DNA from: a virus | Taxonomy: Duplodnaviria > Caudoviricetes | Direction: 5' to 3' (one strand) | IMG/VR virus record: IMGVR_UViG_3300012920_000040 | Coordinates: 1 to 61,804 of that record | DNA length: 61,804 nucleotides | Part shown: positions 17,943 through 28,013 of the stretch, in pieces | How the letters are laid out: every line of letters starts with the position of its first letter | How positions within the stretch are numbered: the first letter of the stretch is position 1 | Notes under the pieces: model-generated | Databases searched by the model: none | Told to the model about the DNA's origin: nothing | The model's input: the letters and a program-made list of their open reading frames with translations, nothing else | Translations under genes and position numbers: made by a program

Positions 17943-18347
17943 TTAGATATTTAGTTTGAATTTTTGATATGGAATTTGTCTCATAGTTTGTATCTCTGAA
18001 GGGTAGATGATGTAAGGATACCCTACAATCTCCTCCCAAGAATAGTTCCTCACTGAACCCCAATGATAATTTAATCCCTTGAATCCCCAAGTCTCAACAC
18101 CCAGACAAGCAATCAGAGGGTGCTCATCATACTCAATTCTTTGTGTCTTTGGTTTATACACATAGGTATAGAACTTGCCAGGAAGAGGCACAGTATCTAT
18201 TGACATATCTCTGTCACCACTCTCAAGCACCCCAATAATCTCTGTCATCATGTCATCTACATCTGTATTAAGCAGGATGTCATTGACTGTTGACTCTGAG
18301 AATCTATCAATGGTGCTATTCTGATATAGTTCTAGTTCTTCATCCAC
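17943..18347 (-). CDS. gp2: DNA end protector gp2-like
   Basis: PGKFYTYVYKPKT..YDEHPL..GFKGLNYHW. Confidence 0.75.
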   Translation of the reverse strand: MDEELELYQNSTIDRFSESTVNDILLNTDVDDMMTEIIGVLESGDRDMSIDTVPLPGKFYTYVYKPKTQRIEYDEHPLIACLGVETWGFKGLNYHWGSVRNYSWEEIVGYPYIIYPSEIQTMRQIPYQKFKLNI

Positions 18348-18882
18348 TTGGCAATGCTTTCCTTGCTGCCTGTGGATTTATCTGTGGTCTGGCAGGAGTA
18401 CCAGAGATTGCCTTCCTTTCAGGTGCTGGTTTGATTGCAGGTTTCTTTTTAGCACCAGCCATAGCAGTTGATGCTGGTCTAGCAGCAATTTGTTTGTGCT
18501 GTGGTGGTTGCTTAGAGGCAGCAGTTTTCTTAGCAACCATTGAATCCTGAGCAGGTTTCTTCTGAGGTTGTGATGCCTTTGTGATAGCACCACCTTTCTC
18601 ACGCTTAGGTGTTGCTGTCTTGTTTGCCTGTCTATACTTCTGTGGTTTTCTATCCTTCTGCTTACCAGGACCATCAGGTTTAGTTGCTAATGGTTTCTTC
18701 TTAATGTCTTTTTCTCTTTTTTCTTTTGCTTTCTTTCTCTTACCAATCCAATCAATAGATTTATGCTCTTTATCTTGAGGATAATCCTGAGCACTGGAAC
18801 CACCTTTGAATGATCCAGACGCAGAGATTGCTTTCTGAGTTGCCCCAGCAGCATCTTCTTGGAATTGATAGAAAGATTTCAT
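18340..18882 (-). CDS. Lys/Ala/Pro-rich basic protein, candidate internal head protein
   Basis: N-terminus MKSFYQFQE resembles T4 capsid-targeting sequence; late promoter directly upstream. Confidence 0.6.
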   Translation of the reverse strand: MKSFYQFQEDAAGATQKAISASGSFKGGSSAQDYPQDKEHKSIDWIGKRKKAKEKREKDIKKKPLATKPDGPGKQKDRKPQKYRQANKTATPKREKGGAITKASQPQKKPAQDSMVAKKTAASKQPPQHKQIAARPASTAMAGAKKKPAIKPAPERKAISGTPARPQINPQAARKALPSG

Positions 18883-18901
18883 TATCTTTTTTAGTTATTT
18901 A

Positions 18902-19573
18902 TTAAGTGGTAGTTACTCTTCTCTTGACATATCTAGAGTAACCCATGGTAACATCCATGTTCAAAAACTCACCTGCAGGACCATAACTCAATTCAATTGG
19001 TGCTATCAATTTAGGATACGCTTTAAGAAGATTAACTTCTATCTCAGGTTTTTGTTTCCTGTTTGATTTAATATCTGTTCCTGTGTCTTTTTCAAATTTT
19101 GTAATAAAAATGTCAGCAATGTAATCATCATAATAATTTGGTCTATATGTTGCTCCAACATTATAGTATGCTGCTAAATTATCAGCACCATCATCAGCCA
19201 TACCAGACATAAAATCTTGCCATGACTCAAAGAAAGATACAACTTTATAATCAGGATCTACAATAAAAGACATTGTAATTTCTGTATCATAACCTCTTCT
19301 GTATGGAATCTCTTCTACTTGACCTTGAATATCAGAACTCACAGAATGAGTCAGGAAAGATGTTCCAGGCAGGGATGTTCTGTGACATCTAAACTCAATA
19401 TTCTGACCATCAATTGAATATATAATGCCTCTGCTTGCCAGTAAAGCATTCACCAGTGGAGGTGGTTGCAACCTAACAATGTAACTATTAGGCGTTGCAA
19501 TATTTAAGATCTTTGACTTTAGAGCAGTTGTCTTTACTGGACCAGGTGCTGGTCCACCACCAGGGAAAGGCAT
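18902..19573 (-). CDS. Tail tube-fold protein (gp54 tube initiator / gp19-like)
   Basis: CxxTSLPG, PYRR, FFESWQ, YYDDY, AYP..I..IELSY. Confidence 0.8.
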   Translation of the reverse strand: MPFPGGGPAPGPVKTTALKSKILNIATPNSYIVRLQPPPLVNALLASRGIIYSIDGQNIEFRCHRTSLPGTSFLTHSVSSDIQGQVEEIPYRRGYDTEITMSFIVDPDYKVVSFFESWQDFMSGMADDGADNLAAYYNVGATYRPNYYDDYIADIFITKFEKDTGTDIKSNRKQKPEIEVNLLKAYPKLIAPIELSYGPAGEFLNMDVTMGYSRYVKRRVTTT

Positions 19574-19610
19574 CTAAATACTTTACTACTATCATTACTA
19601 TGTATAACTG

Positions 19611-20090
19611 ATGCCAAGGAGAAACAAATGGCACCAAGGTAGGTTTCACCCACAATTCCCAGAGAAGTATATGGGAGATACTTCTAACATTGTGTATAGA
19701 AGTAGTTGGGAACTTCACTTCCTTAGATGGTGTGACAGGAATGATGCTGTGTTGAAGTATGCAGCAGAAGAATTTTCAATACCTTATGTGAGTCCTGTTG
19801 ACAACAGAACACATAGGTATTATCCTGATGGTATCGTGCAAATCAAGCACAGAAATGGTGAGATCAAGAGATATATAATTGAGATTAAACCTGCTAGACA
19901 GTGTGTTGAACCAAAAAAACCTGCTAGGATGACAAAGACATTCATTGCTGAGGCAAAAACCTATGCTGTGAACCAAGCAAAGTGGCAAGCAGCATCTGAG
20001 TTTGCCAAGGACAATGGTATAGAATTCAAAGTTCTTACAGAGAATGACTTAGGTATTCCACCACCAAAAAAGTCTAGAAAACGCAAATAA
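19611..20090 (+). CDS. gp4: Head completion nuclease gp4
   Basis: KYMGD..IVYRSSWE, HRYYPD, IEIKP, NQAKW. Confidence 0.95.
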   Translation: MPRRNKWHQGRFHPQFPEKYMGDTSNIVYRSSWELHFLRWCDRNDAVLKYAAEEFSIPYVSPVDNRTHRYYPDGIVQIKHRNGEIKRYIIEIKPARQCVEPKKPARMTKTFIAEAKTYAVNQAKWQAASEFAKDNGIEFKVLTENDLGIPPPKKSRKRK

Positions 20091-20112
20091 ATATAACGAC
20101 TGAAGTGATATT

Positions 20113-20832
20113 ATGCCTTTACCTAAAATTGCTACACCAACATATGACTTGGAGTTGCCTTCTACAAAACAAAAAATTAAGTTTAGACCTTTCTTAGTTA
20201 AGGAAGAGAAGTTACTTGTTCTTGCATTGGAAAGTGAAGATACAAAACAAATTACTAATGCTATCAAAACAGTCATCAAATCTTGCATCTCCACAAGAGG
20301 TGTGAAGGTTGAGGATCTTCCTACTTTTGATATTGAATTTTTATTCCTGAACATCAGAGGTAAGTCTGTTGGTGAGGAGGTTGAACTTAGTATTATTGCA
20401 CCTGATGATGGTGCTACTCCTATTCCAGTTAGTATTAATCTTGATGACATCAAGGTTATTGAGAATGAAAACCACAACAAACAAATCAAACTTGATGATG
20501 AACTTATGATGGACATGAAGTATCCATCACTGGATCAATTCATTAGGAATAACTTTGATCAAGTTGATACAACTGATGTTGAAAAATCATTTGAACTTAT
20601 TGCCACTTGTATTGACAAAATTTATAATGCAGAAGAGGTCTGGTCAACTGCTGACTGCACAAAGAAAGAGGTTGTAGAGTTTCTTAATCAGATGAGTTCT
20701 ACTCAGTTTAAGGATGTTGAGAAATTTTTTGACACCATGCCTAAACTATCACACACATTGGATGTTACCAATCCAGTCACTAAGGTCACTAGCACTGTCA
20801 CATTAGAAGGGTTGTCAAGTTTTTTCGGATAG
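20113..20832 (+). CDS. gp26: Baseplate hub assembly protein, gp26-like
   Basis: MPLPKI.TPTY.L.LPS, FRPFLVKEEK, IRGKSVGE, EGLSSFF. Confidence 0.9.
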   Translation: MPLPKIATPTYDLELPSTKQKIKFRPFLVKEEKLLVLALESEDTKQITNAIKTVIKSCISTRGVKVEDLPTFDIEFLFLNIRGKSVGEEVELSIIAPDDGATPIPVSINLDDIKVIENENHNKQIKLDDELMMDMKYPSLDQFIRNNFDQVDTTDVEKSFELIATCIDKIYNAEEVWSTADCTKKEVVEFLNQMSSTQFKDVEKFFDTMPKLSHTLDVTNPVTKVTSTVTLEGLSSFFG

Positions 20833-20843
20833 GTCTTTCCCAT

Positions 20844-21011
20844 ATGGACCTTGAAAGTTATTTTAGATTAAATTTTGCCTTGATGCAGTACCATAAATAT
20901 TCATTAACTGAGATTGAAAACATGATGCCATGGGAGCGTGATGTTTATGTTGGACTTCTACAGCAACACCTAGAGGAAGAAGAACAAAAAGCAAAGGCAC
21001 GTAATGGATAG
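20844..21011 (+). CDS. gp51: gp51-like baseplate hub assembly ORF (55 aa, not in ORF track; possibly a frameshift extension of gp26)
   Basis: MDLESYFRLNFALMQYHKYSLTEIENMMPWERDVYVGLLQQHLEEEEQKAKARNG. Confidence 0.85.
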   Translation: MDLESYFRLNFALMQYHKYSLTEIENMMPWERDVYVGLLQQHLEEEEQKAKARNG

Positions 21012-23661
21012 TAAGGTAGTAAAACTACTTAAAATATATGAGAACGAGACTGGGAAGGATTTACTTTCCAAACTTAATGCAGATCGTCTCAAAAAATTAG
21101 GGTTCTACTACGAAAATTTATCTGAGGATGAGCAGCAGGATATAGATCTAAAGATCATAACTGGGGAAGACAATGACTTTATTGATGTATGCCTGGGACT
21201 TGCAGGATACTTTGATGAAGTAGAATATGATCAAGGACTAAGGGATTTAACAGAGGATGTCATAGAGGAGGAGGGTGGTGGTTCAACTGCTCTCGCAGTA
21301 ATTCCTAGGACAGAAGAACCAGCAAGTGATGAAGACCTAGTAAGTGAGGATATTGATCCCAGAATATTAAGATTACTTGGTCTTGAGGATGTATTTGATA
21401 TTGATTATGATACTTATAAGACTCTTCTAAAAGAGAAGATGGCTGCTGGCAGGATGACTGACAGTCAGATGCCTACTGAGGAAGTAGAACTTCTTACAGA
21501 TGAATTCAAGAGAGTAAAGTCAAAGACAGGTAGGTTCTCAGTCAAGAAGAAAACTGTCAGTGTAGATAGTTTCTTTGATAGAGGTGGGGCAGCAGAGACA
21601 GACAGCACTTCTGATAAACCTGTTGTAACTCCTGCTGGTCTCTTGCCATCAGCACAAAAAATTAGTAAGACTGTTGAGGATGAGCAGGAGGAAGCACAGG
21701 TTGAGGACAAAGATAACTTCAACCAGAAAGTATTGGCGCCTTCTCTTCAGAAAATTGATGACAATATTCAGAGCATACTTGACACACTCAAGAAACAGTA
21801 TGATCTTGAAAAGAAAGAGGCAAAAAGAGATGAGAGAATCGCTGATAAAGAGAGAGCAGATAAGAGAGAAGCAAAACTTGAGAGTGGTTCAAAATCAAAA
21901 GGTATAAATTTTTCTAGTCTTAAAAATGTAGCCAAACCAGTCACTGATTTGTTTGGCATGATGCAGAAGTTCCTCATCAACACATTGCTTGGTGGGATCT
22001 TAATGAGAGTGATGGATATCATCAATGATCCTCACAAATATCTTAACCCAATCAAACAATTCTTTATCAATATCATTGAGTGGGTAGAAGATACAGTACA
22101 ATTTATAGTTGATATACCATATAACATATACAATAGTATTGCTACCAATCTAAATGCTGGTATAGATGCAATTGAATCAGCAATCAATAATGCTCTTGCA
22201 TTTTTTAAACAAGGTCCATTAGACCCTGGTCCTAGATTACCAAAGTTAGATCCTCCTGTGATAGACATTCCAATCCCAGATTTCTTACAACTTCAACCCA
22301 CCAATGCACAGACACAAGCACAGTCGCAGAAGGAAGGTGGTGAAGTAGAATCTAATCCTGCTACAATGGTGATGAATAATATTCTTGTTGGTTCACCTGC
22401 AATGTCATCAGACACACCTCAAGGAAATACAACTCTTCAGGTGTCACCAACTTTAACAACAGGTGGTGTAAATGTTGCACCATCTGGACCTACCCCTATT
22501 GATGTCAGCATGGGAGGAAGGATTGAGAATAGATCAATCAATAAGGTTAAGGGTATGGGTGTGGATACACAACTTGTTGCTGCACAACCTGGTGAAATTA
22601 TGATGAGTGTCCCAGCAGTTCAAGCAATTGGTGCTGAGAATTTACTTGCTGCTAATGCTGCTGCTGGTGGAACAAACAAACCCAAGTTTGGTAAGTTCAT
22701 GGGTATGCAGGGTGGTGGTATGATTGGTAGACAGGGTTCTGCACCCATCAGAGACTTTGGTATGGGTGGTGGTGCTGGTAGGAAGGGATATATTCTTGTG
22801 CCTGGTCATGCTGCTGGTGGTGGAGCACCTGGTGAGATGGAGATGGTTGTTGATTTGACTCAAAATGTTGTTGATAATTTGAAGAATAGATTTGGTAATG
22901 ATATACCCATCAAAATTATGAATATGCACGCTGAAACTCCTAATACTTATGCTGCATTTAGCAAACAACAGGACAAACTAAAGGAACTTGAGAAGCAGGG
23001 TTATGAGGTTATTGAGATTCATATGGATGCTTCCCTTGAATCAGGACAGGGGACAGGAAGAGGTTTGATTGCTCCTATGCCAGGAACTGATGCTATTAAT
23101 CCTGTTGAGGCAGACTTTGCAAGAACTGCTGGTGCATTTACAAGGGAACATAGAGGTGGTCTTGCTGCTACCAATAGAGGTGTAAGCATTATTGAACTAG
23201 GTAATATGTCTCCTGAATTACAGAAAAGATATGCTCCTAATCAAGTGCAAGGCACTCCTGGTATTGCTAAGGATCAACTTGATATTATTACCAAACCCCT
23301 TGAGGATTCACTGATTAGGGGAATGAAACTTAAAACTTCTGCTAATGTTGTTGCTTCAGACTTTACTATGGGAGCAGGTGCTATAGATGCTTTTGATTCT
23401 GCTGGAACATCACCAGCACCAAGAGTTGTTCCTACAATTACTAGCACTCCTGCTGCACAAGTTACTGCCACTCAGGTTTATTCACAGACACCTAATAGAG
23501 AGACTAATGTTCAAATAGTTCCTGTACCAAGTGGAAATGAAAAGAGACCAGCATCAAGTTCTGCTGAGGCATCACAAAAACTTGTTCCTCCATTAAATGC
23601 AGAGGATGCAAACAACTTTGACATGATTGTTATTAAATCTATCTATAACATAGTGAGTTAA
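21004..23661 (+). CDS. Tape-measure-like protein with N-acetylmuramoyl-L-alanine amidase (Amidase_3-like) domain
   Basis: Coiled-coil and amphipathic N-half; ILVPGH..GE, IEIHMD, IIELGNM zinc-amidase pattern. Confidence 0.75.
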   Translation: MDSKVVKLLKIYENETGKDLLSKLNADRLKKLGFYYENLSEDEQQDIDLKIITGEDNDFIDVCLGLAGYFDEVEYDQGLRDLTEDVIEEEGGGSTALAVIPRTEEPASDEDLVSEDIDPRILRLLGLEDVFDIDYDTYKTLLKEKMAAGRMTDSQMPTEEVELLTDEFKRVKSKTGRFSVKKKTVSVDSFFDRGGAAETDSTSDKPVVTPAGLLPSAQKISKTVEDEQEEAQVEDKDNFNQKVLAPSLQKIDDNIQSILDTLKKQYDLEKKEAKRDERIADKERADKREAKLESGSKSKGINFSSLKNVAKPVTDLFGMMQKFLINTLLGGILMRVMDIINDPHKYLNPIKQFFINIIEWVEDTVQFIVDIPYNIYNSIATNLNAGIDAIESAINNALAFFKQGPLDPGPRLPKLDPPVIDIPIPDFLQLQPTNAQTQAQSQKEGGEVESNPATMVMNNILVGSPAMSSDTPQGNTTLQVSPTLTTGGVNVAPSGPTPIDVSMGGRIENRSINKVKGMGVDTQLVAAQPGEIMMSVPAVQAIGAENLLAANAAAGGTNKPKFGKFMGMQGGGMIGRQGSAPIRDFGMGGGAGRKGYILVPGHAAGGGAPGEMEMVVDLTQNVVDNLKNRFGNDIPIKIMNMHAETPNTYAAFSKQQDKLKELEKQGYEVIEIHMDASLESGQGTGRGLIAPMPGTDAINPVEADFARTAGAFTREHRGGLAATNRGVSIIELGNMSPELQKRYAPNQVQGTPGIAKDQLDIITKPLEDSLIRGMKLKTSANVVASDFTMGAGAIDAFDSAGTSPAPRVVPTITSTPAAQVTATQVYSQTPNRETNVQIVPVPSGNEKRPASSSAEASQKLVPPLNAEDANNFDMIVIKSIYNIVS

Positions 23662-23664
23662 GAC

Positions 23665-26600
23665 ATGGCACTTCCTATGTTAGCTGGTAGTTTAGTAAAG
23701 GGTTTGCTTGGTGGTGCTGGCAAGAAAGTTGGTGGCGCTTTAGTTAAAACTAAGGATAAAAAAATTAAAAAGGTTGTTAAAGAGCAGGTCAAAACTGAGA
23801 ACAAACCCAGTTTTACTAGTGTATCTGAGTCTGTTTACAAGACAGTTGCTCAACAGAAAAAAATAACTGCAGGAACATTTAAACCTGAGACTGATGAGGC
23901 AAAAGTAGACAGTAAAGTATCTAATGAATCTCTTAAAACTCAATTAGATAATCTTATTGAGAATACATCAAAACTAGACAATGTATTCAAGCAGCAACTG
24001 AAAGAGGATACTCAGAATGCTAAGAAGAAAGATGCTGCACTGGCAAAACAAAGAGCAGAAAGAAGAGAGAGAAAACTAGAGACCACGCCAAAGAAAAAAC
24101 TGATTGGTGGTGTGGGACTAGGTTCAGGACCAATGAACCTCATGGATATGATTGGCAAGTTCTTACTCAACACATTGTTGGGTGGACTTGCTCTGCTGAC
24201 TTTAAATAACCTACCTAAGATTACAAATTTCTTAGATAAGTATGGTCAAAATCTATATCTTATCTTTAATGGTATAAGGTTAGGATTATATGGACTGAAG
24301 TCTTTCTTTGGTGGTGTCCTTAAACTATCTGGAAAAATATTTAAGTCAGGTCTTAAACTGGTTGGAAAACTTATAAGAAGTTCAGCAAGATTACTTGGTA
24401 GAGGAATCAAGAGTGGATTCCTGAAACTGGGTGATGCTATTGTTGATTTTGCAAGAGGAACTGTAAATCTTATTAGAAGATTAGCAGGTAAACCTCCCCT
24501 TCCACCAAGAAGAGGAAAACCTGGTGGTAGAAATGCTGCAAAACCTGGAACAAGATTAAAACCAAAGCAAAGAACTGCCACTGCATCCAAAGCAGCAAGG
24601 AAAAGATATGCTCAGAGATATGGTCCTGAGGCAGCAAAGAGAAGATTTCAAGGTAATGTTCAGAGACCTACTGGACAAACTACAAGGTTACCTAAACCTA
24701 GGAATAGATTTTTAACAAAGTTATTTGGTCCTAAAACAGCAGGTGAAATTAAGAAAGCATCACCTGTACTTAAGAAAGTTTCAAAGGCAGCAAAAGGTGT
24801 AAGGATTCCTATTATTGGACCCATACTTGTTGCCATCAGCTCAATGCTGGCTGATGATCCAGTTAAAAAAACCATGTTCAAAGCAGTTGGTACTGGTTTG
24901 GGTGAGGCACTTGGCACACTCATTCCAATTCCTGTTATTGGAACAATTGTTGGTGGATTAATAGGTGAGTATGGTGGTGATTTACTTTACACTTTCTTAG
25001 AGGGTGGTGGTATATCTGGTGTCCAGAATAAAATGGCACAGGATTGGAACAATACTCTAAAGACTGGTGCAAAGTTTAAAGATTATATTGGTCAATCTTT
25101 TAATAGATATAGTGAATCACTACCCAAAGTAGAGATTCCTGAGTTACCTGGTTGGTTGAAACGTGCTGACTTCTTGGGTTGGCTTCAGAAGATTCCCTTC
25201 TGGGGTCAAGAGATACCTGATCCAAAATTCTTCCTTGACCCAAGAAATATACCTAAGAATATTGGTCTGATGAAGGATGCATTGTTCCCTCCTAAGGGAA
25301 TGGTTCCAGAGACAGGTAAGGTAGAAGATCTTGACCTTGATTTAAGTGATGCCCCACCACCACCTGTACTTCCTCCTCCACCTGGTGCTGCTTCTTCACC
25401 TGCTGCAGTCACTACTGCTGGTAGAGTAACTGGTGGCAATGCAGATTTCTGGACACTGGTAGCAGTTGCATCATTGGAAGATAGTGATGCCCAAGGTAGA
25501 GCAGATGTAGCACAATCAATCTACAACAGAGCAGCATCAGGTGCTTATGGTGGTGGTCAAAAAAATATAAGGAAACTTATCATTGCTGATAAACAATATC
25601 AACCCACCTGGGACTATCCAAGGAAGAATCCTGCTGGTGAGAAAGCAAATCCTGAGTGGCTTTCTATTGTAGATGCTCAGACTGCTGCTGCAGCAGCAGG
25701 AAAGTCTGTTGCATTTATGGAGCAAGCAGCAAAAGATATTATGAATCCAACCCTTCAAAAGAGGGCAAAGGAATTTGTAGGAGGAAGAACTGACTTCACA
25801 AACTACTCTAAAACTAACAGAAGAGGTCAGATTTATAGACAAACAGGTGGCAGAAACAATTACTTTGGGTGGGATTGGAACTATTCAGGTAATGTTGTTG
25901 GTAGGATTCCAACATTTGATGCTGCTCAACCATCTCAACAATCCACACAAGCAAGAGCAGCTGAAATTGTAAGCAGAGTTCCTGCTGGACAAAGATCATT
26001 GGTTACCAAAGTTCCATTTGCAGACTTCTCACGTACAGCAGCAGAGGGTGGAAGAGGAAGAGTTGGTTTGACTGATGTTTATGATCCTGCAGGCACAATT
26101 AATAGCAGAGGAAGACCACATTATGGAGTTGACATTGGAACCAATTATCAAAAAGGTTTTGGATTCAGTTTCAAACTATCAGGAACAGTGGGTCAGCGTG
26201 AGAATACATCAGTTGGTGGATATGGTGTCACTATTAAGTGTGGAAATATTGAATTCCGTTGTATTCATTTAGCAGGACCATCATTTGTATCACCAGGTGC
26301 AGCATATAATGGTGAAGTTGTTGGTGAGATTGGAAATACAGGTACTAGTTCAAGAGGTGAACATCTTCACTTAGAGGTGTATGTAAATGGTGATATGACA
26401 GATCCACGTCCTTACCTTAAGTATCTTGAGATAGGTAAAATTGGAGCATCAGATGGCACTGCAACCAGGGCAACAATTGCTCCTTCAAGAGCAAGCACAA
26501 CCACTGCTGCTGCCTCTAGAGTATCAAGAACTGCATCATATGATTCAGGTGGCGCAATTTCAATCCCTATGCCTGTTGCCTCTGGAGGAAGACAAGGACA

Positions 26601-26709
26601 AGCTATTGTAAAAGAAAAGGTTATTGACTCTGCAGAATCAAGTTTAATTGATGTAGTAAATAGTTACCATACTGCTCAGTTAATGGCTAATTTATATAAG
26701 CAAGGATAA
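23665..26709 (+). CDS. Tape-measure-like protein with SleB/Hydrolase_2-like and M23 peptidase domains
   Basis: ASLE..DVAQSIYNR..QYQP; HYGVD and HLHLEV. Confidence 0.78.
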   Translation: MALPMLAGSLVKGLLGGAGKKVGGALVKTKDKKIKKVVKEQVKTENKPSFTSVSESVYKTVAQQKKITAGTFKPETDEAKVDSKVSNESLKTQLDNLIENTSKLDNVFKQQLKEDTQNAKKKDAALAKQRAERRERKLETTPKKKLIGGVGLGSGPMNLMDMIGKFLLNTLLGGLALLTLNNLPKITNFLDKYGQNLYLIFNGIRLGLYGLKSFFGGVLKLSGKIFKSGLKLVGKLIRSSARLLGRGIKSGFLKLGDAIVDFARGTVNLIRRLAGKPPLPPRRGKPGGRNAAKPGTRLKPKQRTATASKAARKRYAQRYGPEAAKRRFQGNVQRPTGQTTRLPKPRNRFLTKLFGPKTAGEIKKASPVLKKVSKAAKGVRIPIIGPILVAISSMLADDPVKKTMFKAVGTGLGEALGTLIPIPVIGTIVGGLIGEYGGDLLYTFLEGGGISGVQNKMAQDWNNTLKTGAKFKDYIGQSFNRYSESLPKVEIPELPGWLKRADFLGWLQKIPFWGQEIPDPKFFLDPRNIPKNIGLMKDALFPPKGMVPETGKVEDLDLDLSDAPPPPVLPPPPGAASSPAAVTTAGRVTGGNADFWTLVAVASLEDSDAQGRADVAQSIYNRAASGAYGGGQKNIRKLIIADKQYQPTWDYPRKNPAGEKANPEWLSIVDAQTAAAAAGKSVAFMEQAAKDIMNPTLQKRAKEFVGGRTDFTNYSKTNRRGQIYRQTGGRNNYFGWDWNYSGNVVGRIPTFDAAQPSQQSTQARAAEIVSRVPAGQRSLVTKVPFADFSRTAAEGGRGRVGLTDVYDPAGTINSRGRPHYGVDIGTNYQKGFGFSFKLSGTVGQRENTSVGGYGVTIKCGNIEFRCIHLAGPSFVSPGAAYNGEVVGEIGNTGTSSRGEHLHLEVYVNGDMTDPRPYLKYLEIGKIGASDGTATRATIAPSRASTTTAAASRVSRTASYDSGGAISIPMPVASGGRQGQAIVKEKVIDSAESSLIDVVNSYHTAQLMANLYKQG

Positions 26710-28013
26710 TGGCATTACAAAACGCACCTGCAGGTGCAGGTAACATTTCTAAATTTAAAATATCCTCTAATGTCAGTGGAGATGCAGTTGACTTAGGTGG
26801 AGGTGTTGTTGACTTTAAATATTATGAGAGTGTGCTGTCAAATGTTATCACTGCAACTGCTACAGTAGTTGAGACTGGATTCAAAGCAGAGGGAGATAAG
26901 GTACAATCTACAAAAGGTATTCTTGACAACCTCCCAATTAGAGGTGGTGAAAGATCTGATATTGTTATAGAAGATAATGTTGGTGGCAAGATTAGGTTTG
27001 ATGTCAATGGTTTGTATGTAAACAGAGTAAGAAATGCAGCACCTGGTACATCTCAGGACTTATACTTCTTAGACTTTGCTCCAAAGGAACACTTTGCTAA
27101 TGAGCAAACCAGAGTCATGGCAAGATATGAGGGTAAGATATCTGATCATGTTGCAGAGGTTCTAGGTTTGGTTGGTGCTAAGATTGAGAAGATTGATAGC
27201 ACTGCCTCTGTATATAATTTTGTAGGTAATGATAGGAAGCCTTTTTATACTTGCACTTGGTTAGCATCTAAAGCTTACCCTGATGAAGGTGTTGGTAACA
27301 GAGCAGCATACTTATTCTATCAAACTAGAGATGGATATAATTTTAGATCTATTGATAAATTGTTTGAGCAATCACCAGTAAGAAAATTTATCTACAACAA
27401 CACTGGTCTTACACCAGAAGGTTATGATGGCAACATCATTAAGTATAGTATTGATAAAGATATTGAACTTAGAAAAAATCTTACACTTGGAACCTATAAT
27501 AATAGGTGTGTGTACTTTGATTTTATGGCAATGAATTATTTTGTCAAAGAATTTAAGTATGACCCAGGTGAATTAGGCACTGCTGGAAAATTGTTTGCTG
27601 CTGATACAGTTGCTAAAGAGTTCACAGAGTCACCCTCCAGACTGATGTCACATGTATTTGACATTGGAGTTAATCCAAAAGGAACAGGTGATGAGCAGTT
27701 AGAAAACTGGAAGGCAGCACCACAAGAACCAAACTATGATGCTGAAAATACATTTGTGCAATCTCCTATGAGATACAACCAGATGTTTACAATTAGAATT
27801 AACATCATGCTTCCTCTTGACCTGAGGATTAAAGCAGGTGATGTTCTTATGTGTGATTTTCCACAGGTTGAGGGTGAAAGAAATAAGGACACAAATAAAG
27901 AATCAGCAGGCATATATATGGTAGCAAGTGTGTGTCACAATCTCTCTGCAACTGAGAGTTTCACAAGTCTCTCACTTGTAAGAGACTCATATCAGAAGAA
28001 ACAAGGACTGTAA
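26709..28013 (+). CDS. Baseplate hub-like protein (gp27/late-control D position)
   Basis: YYESV, FYQTRDGYNFRSID, GIYMVASVCH..LVRDS; directly before gp5. Confidence 0.7.
   Translation: MALQNAPAGAGNISKFKISSNVSGDAVDLGGGVVDFKYYESVLSNVITATATVVETGFKAEGDKVQSTKGILDNLPIRGGERSDIVIEDNVGGKIRFDVNGLYVNRVRNAAPGTSQDLYFLDFAPKEHFANEQTRVMARYEGKISDHVAEVLGLVGAKIEKIDSTASVYNFVGNDRKPFYTCTWLASKAYPDEGVGNRAAYLFYQTRDGYNFRSIDKLFEQSPVRKFIYNNTGLTPEGYDGNIIKYSIDKDIELRKNLTLGTYNNRCVYFDFMAMNYFVKEFKYDPGELGTAGKLFAADTVAKEFTESPSRLMSHVFDIGVNPKGTGDEQLENWKAAPQEPNYDAENTFVQSPMRYNQMFTIRINIMLPLDLRIKAGDVLMCDFPQVEGERNKDTNKESAGIYMVASVCHNLSATESFTSLSLVRDSYQKKQGL

Noticed and set aside
17926-18090. 55-aa N-terminal extension of gp48 in the ORF track
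   Set aside because: Overlaps the gp2-like gene; late motif and ATG at 17925 give a better start
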